A stretch of 64,000 bases of DNA from Terriglobia bacterium (GTDB taxonomy: Bacteria; Acidobacteriota; Terriglobia; JAJPHL01; JAPKYU01), in assembly GCA_965206645.1 (NCBI GenBank), contig CBDBKE010000003.1, forward strand, positions 672,001-736,000, read 5' to 3'. Position 1 is the first letter of the stretch. The number at the start of each line of letters is the position of its first letter. This document shows positions 53,587 to 63,822 of this stretch, in pieces. The position numbers and the translations under genes were made by a program. The notes beneath the pieces were generated by a model that saw only the letters and a list, made by a program, of their open reading frames with translations, was not told the origin of the DNA and did not search any database.

Positions 53587-55218
53587 TCAACGAATCGCCA
53601 CATTGACTTGGTTGCTGGTTACTCCTTCTACCGCAAGCGTCAGCGGAATTTCATCTCCGGTTGGCGCCAGCGAAGGCACACTCAGGTTGACCTGGCACAC
53701 CCCTGCGAAACCGGGCGCCAGCCCGGAAAACAGCACCGGCGCCGGAGTACCGCCTAGCATGGCCGTGACGGGCAGGGTGCTGGTCGTCAGGGGCAGAGCG
53801 GGTGCGGCCTGGCCTGCTTCGACTGGCGGCTGCACCGGTCCCAACCCGGCAGCAAACACAGCCAATACCTCGCCTGGCGTTGCCGGGGAGGAGTCGGTCA
53901 CCGGTTGGAAGGTGCTGTTGTGCAGCACCGCGCCGGCGAAGATGCCCGGCGCGGCTTGCTCCACGGTCACGTCGAATGTCGCGCCGTCACTCCGCGCATT
54001 GCGTAGCTGCACGGCAACCGTTCCCGTCGCGTTAAATGGCAACTGGAAGTTGACCTGGCTTTCACTGACGAAGAGCAGAGGGGCCGGCTGCCCGTTCACC
54101 CAGACGCTCGCCTCAAACAGGGAATCGGGCAAGGGGAATCGGGAGGCTTGAGCCGACGCATCCGCCAGCGCCGTCCCGAACAGAGAGACCAGGCCCCCGG
54201 CCGTCAGGCGCGGCTGAAAGGAAGCGGCGTCCACGACCCCTGCTTCGGTCGCCTCCGGTGGTCGGTCCGGCGGGAAGAAGAACACCTCGTTAACGGCGGA
54301 GGTGGACAACCCGGCGCGCGTGCCGCCGCCGGGGGCGTACAAGCGGCCGTTCAGCGCCACTCCATAGAAGCCGTGCCGCGGAGTGGGCAGCGGCGCCAGC
54401 GGCTGCCAGGTATTAGTGGCCGGCTCGTACTCCTCGTTCTCCTGAAACGTGCCGCCGGGTTGGGTGGAAGTTTCTCCTCCCAGCACCTGGATCCGCGCGC
54501 GCAGCGTGCCGGAAGCGATTCCGCTGCGCGGGGTCGGCATCGGCGCCACCGGTGTCCAGGTATTCGACTGCGGGTCGTACATCTCCACGGCTCCTGTCAG
54601 CGGAGGGCGGCCGCCAATGGCGTAGAATTTGCCGTCCAGCGCCTGCGCGGTGAGGTGGTTGCGCGGGGTCGGCATGGGAGGCAGCTCCGTCCAGGTGTTC
54701 GTTGCAGGGTCGAAGACGGCAAACTCCGCCACCGTGAGGCCGCCGCGCTGCCCCCCTGCGACATAGATTTTTCCACCCAATTCCGCAGTGCCGGCGGCGC
54801 CGCGGGCCGTCGGCAACGGCGCCTTTTCCGTCCAGGAGCTGGTGGCGGGATCGAACTCAAACGTCCTCGCAGTGGCCCGGCCCTGGACAATGGCCAGCCC
54901 GCCCAGTACGTAAAGCTTGCCGGCGGCGGCGGCCACGTTGGGGTGATCTATGCCACCTTCCAGGGGCAGGGGCGGGCCCAGGGTCCAACTGTCCAGGAAC
55001 GGATCATAGATTTGCAGCGTGGTGCTGGGCGCCCCGGTGATGGTCAGGCCTCCCACGACGTAGATCCTTCCCCCTACCGCGGCGGTCCCCACTTCGCTCA
55101 AGGGAACCGGCATCGGGCTGCGCGGCGCCCACATTCCTCCCGTCTGCTGGCTCGGCATTCTTGGGACCACTAAAAGGAGGAGAGAGAGGAGGAGAAGTCC
55201 AAGACGCCGGGGGTTCAT
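53587..55218 (-). CDS. Secreted Kelch-repeat protein with TIGR03437-like C-terminal domain
   Basis: Six GG...Y/FDP...W Kelch units; VSLFGT, QVNFQLP, GLAPGFAGV.QVN. Confidence 0.88.
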   Translation of the reverse strand: MNPRRLGLLLLSLLLLVVPRMPSQQTGGMWAPRSPMPVPLSEVGTAAVGGRIYVVGGLTITGAPSTTLQIYDPFLDSWTLGPPLPLEGGIDHPNVAAAAGKLYVLGGLAIVQGRATARTFEFDPATSSWTEKAPLPTARGAAGTAELGGKIYVAGGQRGGLTVAEFAVFDPATNTWTELPPMPTPRNHLTAQALDGKFYAIGGRPPLTGAVEMYDPQSNTWTPVAPMPTPRSGIASGTLRARIQVLGGETSTQPGGTFQENEEYEPATNTWQPLAPLPTPRHGFYGVALNGRLYAPGGGTRAGLSTSAVNEVFFFPPDRPPEATEAGVVDAASFQPRLTAGGLVSLFGTALADASAQASRFPLPDSLFEASVWVNGQPAPLLFVSESQVNFQLPFNATGTVAVQLRNARSDGATFDVTVEQAAPGIFAGAVLHNSTFQPVTDSSPATPGEVLAVFAAGLGPVQPPVEAGQAAPALPLTTSTLPVTAMLGGTPAPVLFSGLAPGFAGVCQVNLSVPSLAPTGDEIPLTLAVEGVTSNQVNVAIR

Positions 55219-55964
55219 CGAGTGAGCTTCCGGTAGTCCTCGGCGACGATATCAACCACGCGGCACATTTCTTGCAGACGGGACGTCACTCGCGCTCCCA
55301 GGCGCTCTTCGAAGGTTGCATACGTGCGGCGCTTTCCTGGCATGCCGCTCACGGGCTCCTCCTTCAGATTGGCCGTGAGTAGCGTGGGCTTCTTCTCGTT
55401 GTAGCGGTGATTGAGGAGGTAGTTGATAGTGTCTTCCACCCACTCGGAAACGCGGTTGGCTCCCAGATCGTCAATCACAACCACTTCGGTCTCCAGTACC
55501 GGCCGCATCACCTCGCGCTCGGCGGTCAGCGCTCTGTGGTCGTAACTGGACTGGATGCGCTTCAGCAGTTCCTGGTAGTCCAGGAACAGGACTTCGGCGC
55601 CCTTCTCGACGAGACCTTTCAGCAGAGCCACCGTCAGGTGGGTCTTGCCGACGCCGGTCTCCCCCATCAGTAGCAGGCCCTTGCCGTCCACCAGCGGGTA
55701 GTCGGCCAGGTACTGATCCACGACGCCTAAAGCTTTCCACAACGACTCGTTCCGCGGGCCGCCGCGCGGCGGGTACAGCTCAAAATTGGTGAAGGCGCAG
55801 GCCTGATACCGCGGCGGAATCCGCGCCGCAGCCAGTGCGCGCTCCAGGCGGGTCTGGGTGCGGCACTCACAGGGCTCCACGGCGTCGCCGGTTCCGCTGG
55901 AGCGCCAGCCGGTGCCCGAACACAGCGGACACGCCGCAGCCGCATTGCTCATCGGGGAAGCCAT
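55215..55964 (-). CDS. DnaC/DnaI-like ATPase (helicase loader)
   Basis: CPLC..CEC, GETGVGKTH, IDDLG, RVTSRL.EMC. Confidence 0.85.
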   Translation of the reverse strand: MASPMSNAAAACPLCSGTGWRSSGTGDAVEPCECRTQTRLERALAAARIPPRYQACAFTNFELYPPRGGPRNESLWKALGVVDQYLADYPLVDGKGLLLMGETGVGKTHLTVALLKGLVEKGAEVLFLDYQELLKRIQSSYDHRALTAEREVMRPVLETEVVVIDDLGANRVSEWVEDTINYLLNHRYNEKKPTLLTANLKEEPVSGMPGKRRTYATFEERLGARVTSRLQEMCRVVDIVAEDYRKLTR

Positions 55965-56070
55965 TTTACCCAATTCAAAACTGCTTTACAGCCAAGTGGA
56001 CCGCCCGGCGCGGTGATCCTCGAGCGCACGCTCCGCGAGGGAATCCAGCTTGCCAGCCTTCACATCCGCT

Positions 56071-56526
56071 TCAAACACGCTTGTGGATTCGTTGATCATC
56101 GGGGACTCTGCGCGAAAGCTTCCGCAGTTCGGAAACAGGAAACGACAACTGCTCCTTGCCGATGCCTTTGCGGTGGCAATACCGTTGAAATATTACATTA
56201 CCAGGACCGTTAAAGATTTCCTCGTATGTTCCGTCTTCAGCCAGTTTCAAGCCAAGATAGAAGTCGGGAACGGTCGTCAACGTAAGATGATCTTTGAACG
56301 TAGCTTTGATCTGAACTCGACGCCCGTCTGACGATTCTCCGTCGTGATTGGCCTGCGATGTCTTATTAAGTTTGACGTCGTATTCGCGAGCGGCAGTAAC
56401 CTCACCAATGTCGCCTACAAGACGTCCGTCGATTGTGAAGGCCCGGTTCGGAAACATCTTCTTGAGACGTTGAATCCCTTGGAATATGTCAGCCAAGGCC
56501 TGAGAGATGGCTTGGCGCTGAGGCAT
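56071..56526 (-). CDS. DUF6998-like hypothetical, PD-(D/E)xK-like
   Basis: FTIDGRLVGDIGE, HDG...VQIKAT; AT-richer than flanks. Confidence 0.75.
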   Translation of the reverse strand: MPQRQAISQALADIFQGIQRLKKMFPNRAFTIDGRLVGDIGEVTAAREYDVKLNKTSQANHDGESSDGRRVQIKATFKDHLTLTTVPDFYLGLKLAEDGTYEEIFNGPGNVIFQRYCHRKGIGKEQLSFPVSELRKLSRRVPDDQRIHKRV

Positions 56527-56841
56527 GGGTGAATCCTATCATCATGGGGCTCGCCCGCGGCCGCTCAAGTCTCGCGAGGCCGAGCAGTGCGACAAACACG
56601 AACTGGAACTCCCGAAGAATCGCCACAACCCGATTCGTAAGCACTGCTTCGGCAGACATAGACAAAAACATGCGAAACCGCCAACTTTAGGCCCCTACAG
56701 AAATTATACCTGACCGGGATTCCTCCCTGCGGTCGGGTCGTTGCTGCCTTTTTTTTGGTGTGCTAGGATGGGCGTTTTGTAAGGTGCCAGGAAGATCTAC
56801 CGGGGCGGAGCCTTCCCTTCCCGCCCCAAGGAGCTTCTGCC

Positions 56842-58947
56842 TTGAAGGTGTATCACGGCAAAGACATCCGCAACGTCGGCGTGGTCGGCCACGGGGATGC
56901 CGGTAAGACCACGCTGGTCTCCGGGCTGCTCTACACGGCCGGCATTGTGACCCGGCTGGGCCGCGTAGACGACGGCAACACGGTGACTGATTTCGACGAA
57001 GAGGAAATCCAGCGCCGGGTGAGCATCTCGACCGGGCTGGCCTACCTGGAATGGAAGAAGGTCAAGGTCAATCTGCTGGACACGCCCGGCTACAACATCT
57101 TTTTGAATGACGCCAAAGGCAGTCTGGTCGCCGCCGATACCGCGCTGGTGGTAGTGGACGGGGTGGCGGGGGTGGAAGTGCAGACCGAAAAAGTGTGGGG
57201 CTTTGCCGAGGAGAACAGCCAGCCCCGCCTGCTGGTGATCAACAAGATGGATCGGGAGCGGGCCAGCTTCGAGCGGGCGCTGGAATCCATCGGCAACGTA
57301 TTTGGCCGCGCGGCCATTCCCCTCCAGTTACCGATCGGAGAAGAACGCGGCTTCCGCGGCGTGGTGGATCTGCTCCGGATGAAGGCGTTCACCTACCAGA
57401 ATGACGGTGACGGCAAGGGAGCAGAAGGGGAGATTCCCCCGGAGCTGGCCGAGGCCGCCGGGGCTGCCCGCGACAAGCTGGTGGAGATGATCGCCGAGGG
57501 CAAAGATTTGCTCATGGAGGAGTTCTTCGACCAGGGCACCCTGAGTCCGGAACATCTGCAGGAGGGGCTGCAGGAAGCCATCCGCGCCAGCAGGATTTAT
57601 CCCGTGTTTTGTGTCTCCGGCTATCACAACGTGGGCAACGACCTGTTATTGGATTTTCTGGTGGATTTCTTGCCCACCGCGGTCGAGCGCGGTTCGGTCT
57701 CTGGCAGCGTTCCAGGAGACGGCGCCGGGCCGCTCGCCCGGAAGCTGGCGGACTCCGAACCTGTTTCCCTCTTTGTCTTCAAGACCAGCGCCGACCCGTT
57801 CGCCGGCCGCCTCTCTTACTTCAAGGTCTACTCCGGAGTGCTGAAGAACGACGCCACCCTGGTGAATTTCAACAAGGGACACCAGGAGCGGCTTGCTCAC
57901 ATCACGGTGGCGCAGGGCAAAGATCATGCCGGAGTGCAGGAGATCCGGGCGGGGGACCTGGGGGTGGTCACCAAGCTGAAAGACACCGTAACGGGCCAGA
58001 CGCTGGGGGACAAGGCGGCCCCGATTCTGTATTCCCCCGTGAAGCTGCCCGAGCCGCTGATTGCCTTCGCCATCCAGCCCAAGTCGCGGGCCGATGAGGA
58101 CCGCCTGGGCCCCGCCTTGCACAGGATCCTGGAGGAGGACCCGTCACTGCGCTTCTACCGCGACCCGCGAACCAACGAATTCCTGCTAGCCGGGGCCGGG
58201 CAGCAGCACGTGGAGGTGATCGTCTCCCGGCTCAAGCGGCGCTACCACGTGGAGGTGCAGTTGAAGGCGCCCAAGGTGCCCTACCGCGAGACCATCCGCG
58301 GCACTGCCGACGTAGAAGGCAAGCATAAGAAACAAACGGGCGGCCACGGCCAGTTCGGCGTCTGCCAAATCAAGATGGAGCCGACGCCGCGCGGGGCCGG
58401 CTTCGAGTTTGTCAACGACATCTTCGGTGGGGCCATCCCCAAGAACTACATCCCGGCGGTGGAGAAGGGCATCGTCGAGTCTGCCCACCGCGGCTTTCTG
58501 GCAGGCTATCCGGTGGTGGACTTCCGCGCCACCCTCCATGATGGGAAGTATCACGATGTGGATAGTTCAGAGTTGGCCTTCAAGATTGCCGGTTCGCTGG
58601 CCTTCAAGAGCGCCATGAAGGAGGCCAAGCCCATCTTACTGGAGCCGATCATGAGCGTGGAAGTCCTCTCGCCGGACCAATTCGCCGGCGACCTCATGGG
58701 AGACCTAAACTCCCGACGGGGCCGCATCCAGGGCATGGAGAACCGGGGGACGCTCACGGTGATCAAGGCGCAAGTGCCGATGGCCGAGATGCTAACCTAT
58801 GCCACCGACCTGACCTCCAAGACCCAGGGGCGCGCCAGCTATAGCATGGAATTCTCCCACTACGACACGGTGCCACAGCAGATTGCCGATAAGGTGATCG
58901 CTGCCACGAAAGCGGCGCGTGCGGCCGAGGGAGAGGGAGAAGCATAG
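56842..58947 (+). CDS. fusA: Elongation factor G (EF-G II type paralog)
   Basis: GHGDAGKTT, RRVSI, DTPG, NKMD, KKQTGGHGQF, HDVDSS. Confidence 0.93.
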   Translation: MKVYHGKDIRNVGVVGHGDAGKTTLVSGLLYTAGIVTRLGRVDDGNTVTDFDEEEIQRRVSISTGLAYLEWKKVKVNLLDTPGYNIFLNDAKGSLVAADTALVVVDGVAGVEVQTEKVWGFAEENSQPRLLVINKMDRERASFERALESIGNVFGRAAIPLQLPIGEERGFRGVVDLLRMKAFTYQNDGDGKGAEGEIPPELAEAAGAARDKLVEMIAEGKDLLMEEFFDQGTLSPEHLQEGLQEAIRASRIYPVFCVSGYHNVGNDLLLDFLVDFLPTAVERGSVSGSVPGDGAGPLARKLADSEPVSLFVFKTSADPFAGRLSYFKVYSGVLKNDATLVNFNKGHQERLAHITVAQGKDHAGVQEIRAGDLGVVTKLKDTVTGQTLGDKAAPILYSPVKLPEPLIAFAIQPKSRADEDRLGPALHRILEEDPSLRFYRDPRTNEFLLAGAGQQHVEVIVSRLKRRYHVEVQLKAPKVPYRETIRGTADVEGKHKKQTGGHGQFGVCQIKMEPTPRGAGFEFVNDIFGGAIPKNYIPAVEKGIVESAHRGFLAGYPVVDFRATLHDGKYHDVDSSELAFKIAGSLAFKSAMKEAKPILLEPIMSVEVLSPDQFAGDLMGDLNSRRGRIQGMENRGTLTVIKAQVPMAEMLTYATDLTSKTQGRASYSMEFSHYDTVPQQIADKVIAATKAARAAEGEGEA

Positions 58948-59205
58948 CCTGCGCGGGCAATCTTGTTAATCCTCTGAGCGCGCATTGCTTTCCGTTCTCA
59001 ACCGGCGGGTTCCAACCGGCTACCATCAAGATTCCATCCTTTTGGCAAACCTACACGCCTATTGGCGGGACACTACCCAGCAGGCTATTGGGTTGACCTG
59101 TGGCAATCCTGTGTAGTAAACTTTTTTGACGGATTGTAAACGTAGCGAGTGGGAAGCCAACCTAGTGGGAAGCAAACCTAGAGGGACAGCATTCTTAGAA
59201 AATTT

Positions 59206-61035
59206 ATGAAACGGGGAAGTGTTGTCCTCCTGCTTGGGCTAGTGTTCCTGTTGGTGGGGTTGTCGGGCTGCGAAATGCCCGGCAGAAAAAGGGTCCTGGT
59301 CGTTCCTCCCGTTAAACACATTCCTCCTCCTTTGCCTTTAAAGCCGGCCCCCGAGCTGGTGACCGAGAATGTGGTGGCGGCTTCGCCCGCGCTTCCACAG
59401 CCAAATCCCGCGCAGGAGCTGATTGTCCAGAGTGAGGCGGCGTATCAGGCGGGGGTCGCAGCGTATGAGTCTGGCCACCTGGAGCGAGCCAAGCGCGAGT
59501 TCGATCAGGCGGTGGACCTGCTACTGGAAGCACCAACCGACTTGGCGGCCGACGCCCGGATGGAGAAGCACTTAGAAAAGCTGGTGGACCAAATTCACAA
59601 TTATGAGCTGCTGGCTCTACAGGAGGGGGACGGCTTTACCGAGCAGCGTCCCGTGCCGGCTGCGGTGGACGAAATTGCCGACCTCACCTTCACCTTCTCC
59701 TCCAGCCCAATCCTCAAAGAAAAGGTCGAGCAGGAGGTCCGGGAAACAACCTCCGACCTTCCGCTGGTCATCAACGACCACGTGCTGGGCTACATCAATT
59801 ACTTGTCTACCCGGGGCAAAGGCGGCCTACAGACCACCTTGCAGCGGGCCGGCCGCTATCGGGCCATGATCTCCCGCATTCTGCGCGAGGAAGGCGTACC
59901 CCAGGACCTGATTTACCTAGCCCAGGCGGAATCGGCCTTTCAACCCTGGGCGGTTTCTCGAGCCGGGGCCCGCGGGCTGTGGCAGTTCATGCGCAGCCGC
60001 GGCCGCGAGTATGGCCTAAAAATCAACTGGTGGGTGGATGAGCGGCAGGACCCGGAAAAGTCCACCCGCGCGGCGGCTCGCCACTTGAAAGACCTCCATC
60101 AAGCCTTCGGGGATTGGTATCTGGCGATGGCCGCCTACAATTCCGGACCCGCCAGGGTGCAACGCGCGATTCAACGAACCGGGTATGCCGATTTCTGGGA
60201 GCTGCTGAAGCGCAACGTGCTGCCGCGCGAAACCCGGAACTATGTACCGATTATCTTGGCCATCACCATCGTGGCCAAAAACCCGGAAAAGTACGGGCTC
60301 GACCGTGTCTCACCGCAATTGCCGGTGGCGCTCGAGACGGTGACAATTTCCACTCCTACCGACCTGCGGCTGATCGCCGAGACCATAGATTGCAGCGTCA
60401 ATCTACTGCAAACCGTGAACCCCAGCCTCCTCCGGCTCGTTACTCCCAAAGGGGAGTTCGACTTGAAACTGCCTGCCGGGACGAAGCAGCGTTTCCTGGA
60501 GCAGATTGCCCGGATCCCGGAGAACAAGCGGGTGTTCTGGCGTTGGCACCGTGTGGCTCCAGGTGAGAGCCTCGGCAAGATCGCTGGCCGGTACAAGACG
60601 ACGGTGGCCGCCATCGCCAAAGTCAACGGACTGAAAGTCAAGGCTCCTTTGCCGGTGAACGCCAAGCTGGTGATTCCGGTCACCAGCAGGCAGGTGGCAC
60701 GCGCGGGGACGGTACGACTGCGCTACCGGATCCGGTGGGGCGATACCTTGTCCGAACTTGCCAAGCGCTTCGGTGTTTCCATCTCGAACCTCCGCCGGTG
60801 GAACCGCATCCGAGGCAGCCGCCTGATTGCCGGGCGCTTTCTGGTCATTTACGCCAAGCAGCCGGGCACGGGTCGCACGGTCTCCAGGCTGCGTTCGTCC
60901 AGCAAGGCGAGAGGAAAGGCGGTTCGCACTTCTGACGCCAACCACAAGGGAAACAATAGGTTAGCAAAGACCAGGACTTCCCCTGCCAGCCTTCCCCTGC
61001 CCCCTGTGACTGGAACGCGCCCCGCAGTTCGTTGA
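59206..61035 (+). CDS. mltD: MltD-like lytic transglycosylase lipoprotein with 2 LysM domains
   Basis: LSGC lipobox, AES, GLWQF, AAYNSG, ETRNYV, LysM repeats. Confidence 0.9.
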   Translation: MKRGSVVLLLGLVFLLVGLSGCEMPGRKRVLVVPPVKHIPPPLPLKPAPELVTENVVAASPALPQPNPAQELIVQSEAAYQAGVAAYESGHLERAKREFDQAVDLLLEAPTDLAADARMEKHLEKLVDQIHNYELLALQEGDGFTEQRPVPAAVDEIADLTFTFSSSPILKEKVEQEVRETTSDLPLVINDHVLGYINYLSTRGKGGLQTTLQRAGRYRAMISRILREEGVPQDLIYLAQAESAFQPWAVSRAGARGLWQFMRSRGREYGLKINWWVDERQDPEKSTRAAARHLKDLHQAFGDWYLAMAAYNSGPARVQRAIQRTGYADFWELLKRNVLPRETRNYVPIILAITIVAKNPEKYGLDRVSPQLPVALETVTISTPTDLRLIAETIDCSVNLLQTVNPSLLRLVTPKGEFDLKLPAGTKQRFLEQIARIPENKRVFWRWHRVAPGESLGKIAGRYKTTVAAIAKVNGLKVKAPLPVNAKLVIPVTSRQVARAGTVRLRYRIRWGDTLSELAKRFGVSISNLRRWNRIRGSRLIAGRFLVIYAKQPGTGRTVSRLRSSSKARGKAVRTSDANHKGNNRLAKTRTSPASLPLPPVTGTRPAVR

Positions 61036-61206
61036 AAATCATGCTCCCCTGCCCGTCTGACTTTTTCCTGTGCCGCATCTAGTCTGTTCTTGACAGCTTG
61101 GTGGCAGTGGAGTTAATTTCGCGGGGAAAACGTTTATCCGCGCATCTGTTTGATCAAGGTTCTCGTTGATCAAGGTTCTCGGAAATCTACACCAAAGCGG
61201 TAGTGA

Positions 61207-61686
61207 GTGGAGCACATGATGGCGATCGACTATCGGCAGGAGGAAGACAACGAGATGGAAGAGCTGGAACGAGGCTCCCAACATGAGGAAGAAGCGGAGG
61301 GGGAAACACTGGAACAAGAAGTGATCGGCGGCGTGCCTGAGCTGTTCCCACCTGCTCCCGTGCCTCTGCCAGCGCCGGCCGCTCCGGCACCCCCAAGGGT
61401 CCGGAGGGCAGCCAGGAAGAAGCCAGCCCGCAGGCCAGCCAGGAAGAGGCCAGCCAGGAGAAAGCCAGCCCGCAGGCCAGCCAGGAGAAAGCCAGCCCGC
61501 AGGCCAGCCAGGAGAAAGCCGGCTCGCAGGCCAGCCAGGAGAAAGCCGGCTCGCAGGCCAGCCAGGAGAAAGCCGGCTCGCAGGCCAGCCAGGAGAAAGC
61601 CGGCCCGCAGGCCAGCCAGGAGAAAGTCGGCTAGAGCCAGACCCAAGAGGAGAGCGAAGGCCAAGAAAACCCGGCGGCGGCGCTAG
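61207..61686 (+). CDS. Histone-H1-like protein with acidic N-terminus and RRKPARRPA repeats
   Basis: Glu-rich head, Pro linker, Arg/Lys repeats. Confidence 0.75.
   Translation: MEHMMAIDYRQEEDNEMEELERGSQHEEEAEGETLEQEVIGGVPELFPPAPVPLPAPAAPAPPRVRRAARKKPARRPARKRPARRKPARRPARRKPARRPARRKPARRPARRKPARRPARRKPARRPARRKPARRPARRKSARARPKRRAKAKKTRRRR
61447..61632 (+). repeat. 7 x 27-bp coding tandem repeat
   Basis: AGGAGAAAG recurs every 27 bp from 61456 to 61618. Confidence 0.92.
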
Positions 61687-61798
61687 GCTGAGCAGCGGCA
61701 GAACAAATCTTCCGCTGCTCACTGCTTCCCGATTGGCGTTCCGGCGGTTTTTGCTGCGGTGGGCTTGCTGAGCAGGTGGCTGAGCAACCTTCATTTAA

Positions 61799-63446
61799 CC
61801 CGGATTTCCTTTTTGAAAACGCAGCGGCAACCTTCAGCTAACCTCCAACGTCAATATTGATACTGGTTGCAGCATCAATCGGAGCGTTCGGAGGCGTAAA
61901 CCCAATGGGTGAGAGCGGAAAACAGGGATTTCAGCTGTCGTTCAACCGATTTCTGCGAGTCGGATTTCAGGGATCACGGGTGACTTCCAATGGTGGACTG
62001 ATTCTGGTCCGGGAGTTGGATGAGCGTCTGGGATTCAGCGAACTCATTGACGAGCACCTGACCGATTCGCGGGCAAACAATGCTCGGTTTTCTTTCGCGG
62101 ACTTGCTGCGGCAGTCGGTCTACAGTCGCCTAGCTGGATACGAGGATGTAAATGATACCGAGCGGCTGTCGCAAGACCCGACCTTTCGGCTGATTGGTTC
62201 AGAGAAGACTTGGGAACGAGGCGCGGCGCTGACCTCCAGGTTGCAAACTTTCGAGACGGAGATGCTGGCGAAGGTGGAGAACTTCGTCGGGTTAGCCCGG
62301 ATCAACCGGGAACTGATCGGAAAGGTCGAAGCCTTCCAGTGGCACTACCGAGCGGTGCTGGATATGGACTCAACCGAGATTCCGGTCTACGGGGAGCAGG
62401 AACAGAGCGCCTACAACGGGCACTTCGAGTCCACTTGCTATCACCCGCTGCTTTTGTTCAATCGAGACGGCGACTGTCTGGCGGCCCAGCTGCGTCCGGG
62501 CAACGTGCACAGTGCCGAGGGTTGGGAGAAACTCCTGTTACCCGAGATTGAGCGCCAGCAAAGAATGGGAAAAGAGATTGCGTTTCGGGCGGACGCGGCC
62601 TTTGCCAAGCCGGAGGTGTACGAGGCATTGGAGGAACGGGGTGTGAAGTACGCAATTCGCATCCCGGCCAACGATATTCTGCAGCGAGACATCGAAGAGC
62701 TACTGAAACGCCCCGTGGGAAGGCCCACCAAGAAACCGCTGGTCGAGTACAAGGGGTTCTTGTACCAGGCAGCCGGTTGGAAGACGGCTCGAAGGGTGGT
62801 GGCGAAAGTAGAGCATCATTCCGGGGAGTTGTTCCCGCGAGTGGGGTTCATTGTAACGAATCTGACGCTGCCGAATCGGGCGGTGGTGCGATTCTATAAC
62901 AAGCGCGGCACCGCAGAACAGTGGATCAAGGAAGGCAAGCAGGCGGTGAAGATGACGCGGCTCAGTTGCCACAAGTTCCGATCTAACGAGGTACGGCTTT
63001 GGCTGACGATCATCGCCTACAACCTGGGCAACCTGTGGCGACGGCTAGTGCTGCCACAGAGAATCGAGAAATGGTCCTTGACGAGCCTCCAGCAGCGGCT
63101 GGTGAAAACCGGAGGACGGCTCCTAAAACACTCACGGTACTACTGGCTCCTGCTGGCCGAGGGCCATTTGACCCGACGGCTGTTTGCCAGCATGCTGGGG
63201 CGGATCGATGGATTGGCACTCCCGTCGGGATAGCCTGGGCTACGGCACACAAGAAAACGATGCCGCTATCCCCCAGGTATGGAGAGTTGTCTGAAAAAGC
63301 TGGGTTTGGATGCTGATTGGACGGTTTTAGGGGACCCCGAAAGGGACGCTCGGAGCCGATGGTCCTCTCGGAGAAAACATTGTACTCGCTGGGACGCAGA
63401 TGCGTGTATATTTCCAATCGCCGGAAGGCCAAAAAGGAAATTCCGG
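61799..63446 (+). mobile_element. IS1380-family element copy 2 (intact)
   Basis: CCCGGATTTCCTTTTT / AAAAAGGAAATTCCGG; flanks TTTAA / TTTAC. Confidence 0.94.
61905..63233 (+). CDS. IS1380-family transposase
   Basis: Differs from copy 1 at four visible residues. Confidence 0.95.
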   Translation: MGESGKQGFQLSFNRFLRVGFQGSRVTSNGGLILVRELDERLGFSELIDEHLTDSRANNARFSFADLLRQSVYSRLAGYEDVNDTERLSQDPTFRLIGSEKTWERGAALTSRLQTFETEMLAKVENFVGLARINRELIGKVEAFQWHYRAVLDMDSTEIPVYGEQEQSAYNGHFESTCYHPLLLFNRDGDCLAAQLRPGNVHSAEGWEKLLLPEIERQQRMGKEIAFRADAAFAKPEVYEALEERGVKYAIRIPANDILQRDIEELLKRPVGRPTKKPLVEYKGFLYQAAGWKTARRVVAKVEHHSGELFPRVGFIVTNLTLPNRAVVRFYNKRGTAEQWIKEGKQAVKMTRLSCHKFRSNEVRLWLTIIAYNLGNLWRRLVLPQRIEKWSLTSLQQRLVKTGGRLLKHSRYYWLLLAEGHLTRRLFASMLGRIDGLALPSG

Positions 63447-63547
63447 TTTACGGCGCAAAAGGCAACGCTAGCCGTCCCGGGCTCTGCGGCTTGCTGGCGC
63501 AGGCGGAATACCCTTCCGCTTCCGGGCAGGAGTCGTAAGCTAGCTTG

Positions 63548-63769
63548 CTAGGCCGTTTCCACCGCTTTTTCCACCGCAGCCCGGCAACGGTGGTACAGTT
63601 TCAGCAAACTCTCAGCTGCGTCTTCGCTCTTCTCCGGCTTGGCCTGGAATCCTGCCGGGACAGCCGGGCGGTCGTATCCCGTTGTTATGGCGATGAACTT
63701 CATCAAGTCCAGGGCAATATCCTCCACCCGCCGCGTGCCCGATCCCACCGCAATGGATTCTTCCGGCAT
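63548..63769 (-). CDS. 73-aa hypothetical protein
   Basis: AGGAGAG SD; RRVEDIALDLMKFIA...LLKLYHRC. Confidence 0.75.
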   Translation of the reverse strand: MPEESIAVGSGTRRVEDIALDLMKFIAITTGYDRPAVPAGFQAKPEKSEDAAESLLKLYHRCRAAVEKAVETA

Positions 63770-63822
63770 GTGTGCTCTCCTAAAGATTTCGTCTGATGGC
63801 GCACAGCTACTATACTTGCTGT

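Noticed and set aside
55215-55964. IstB or prophage replication gene
   Set aside because: No istA or phage genes nearby; Zn-binding N-terminus fits DnaC/DnaI
61447-61632. CRISPR or DGR repeat
   Set aside because: Contiguous in-frame coding repeat; no reverse transcriptase or TR/VR pair seen in the window
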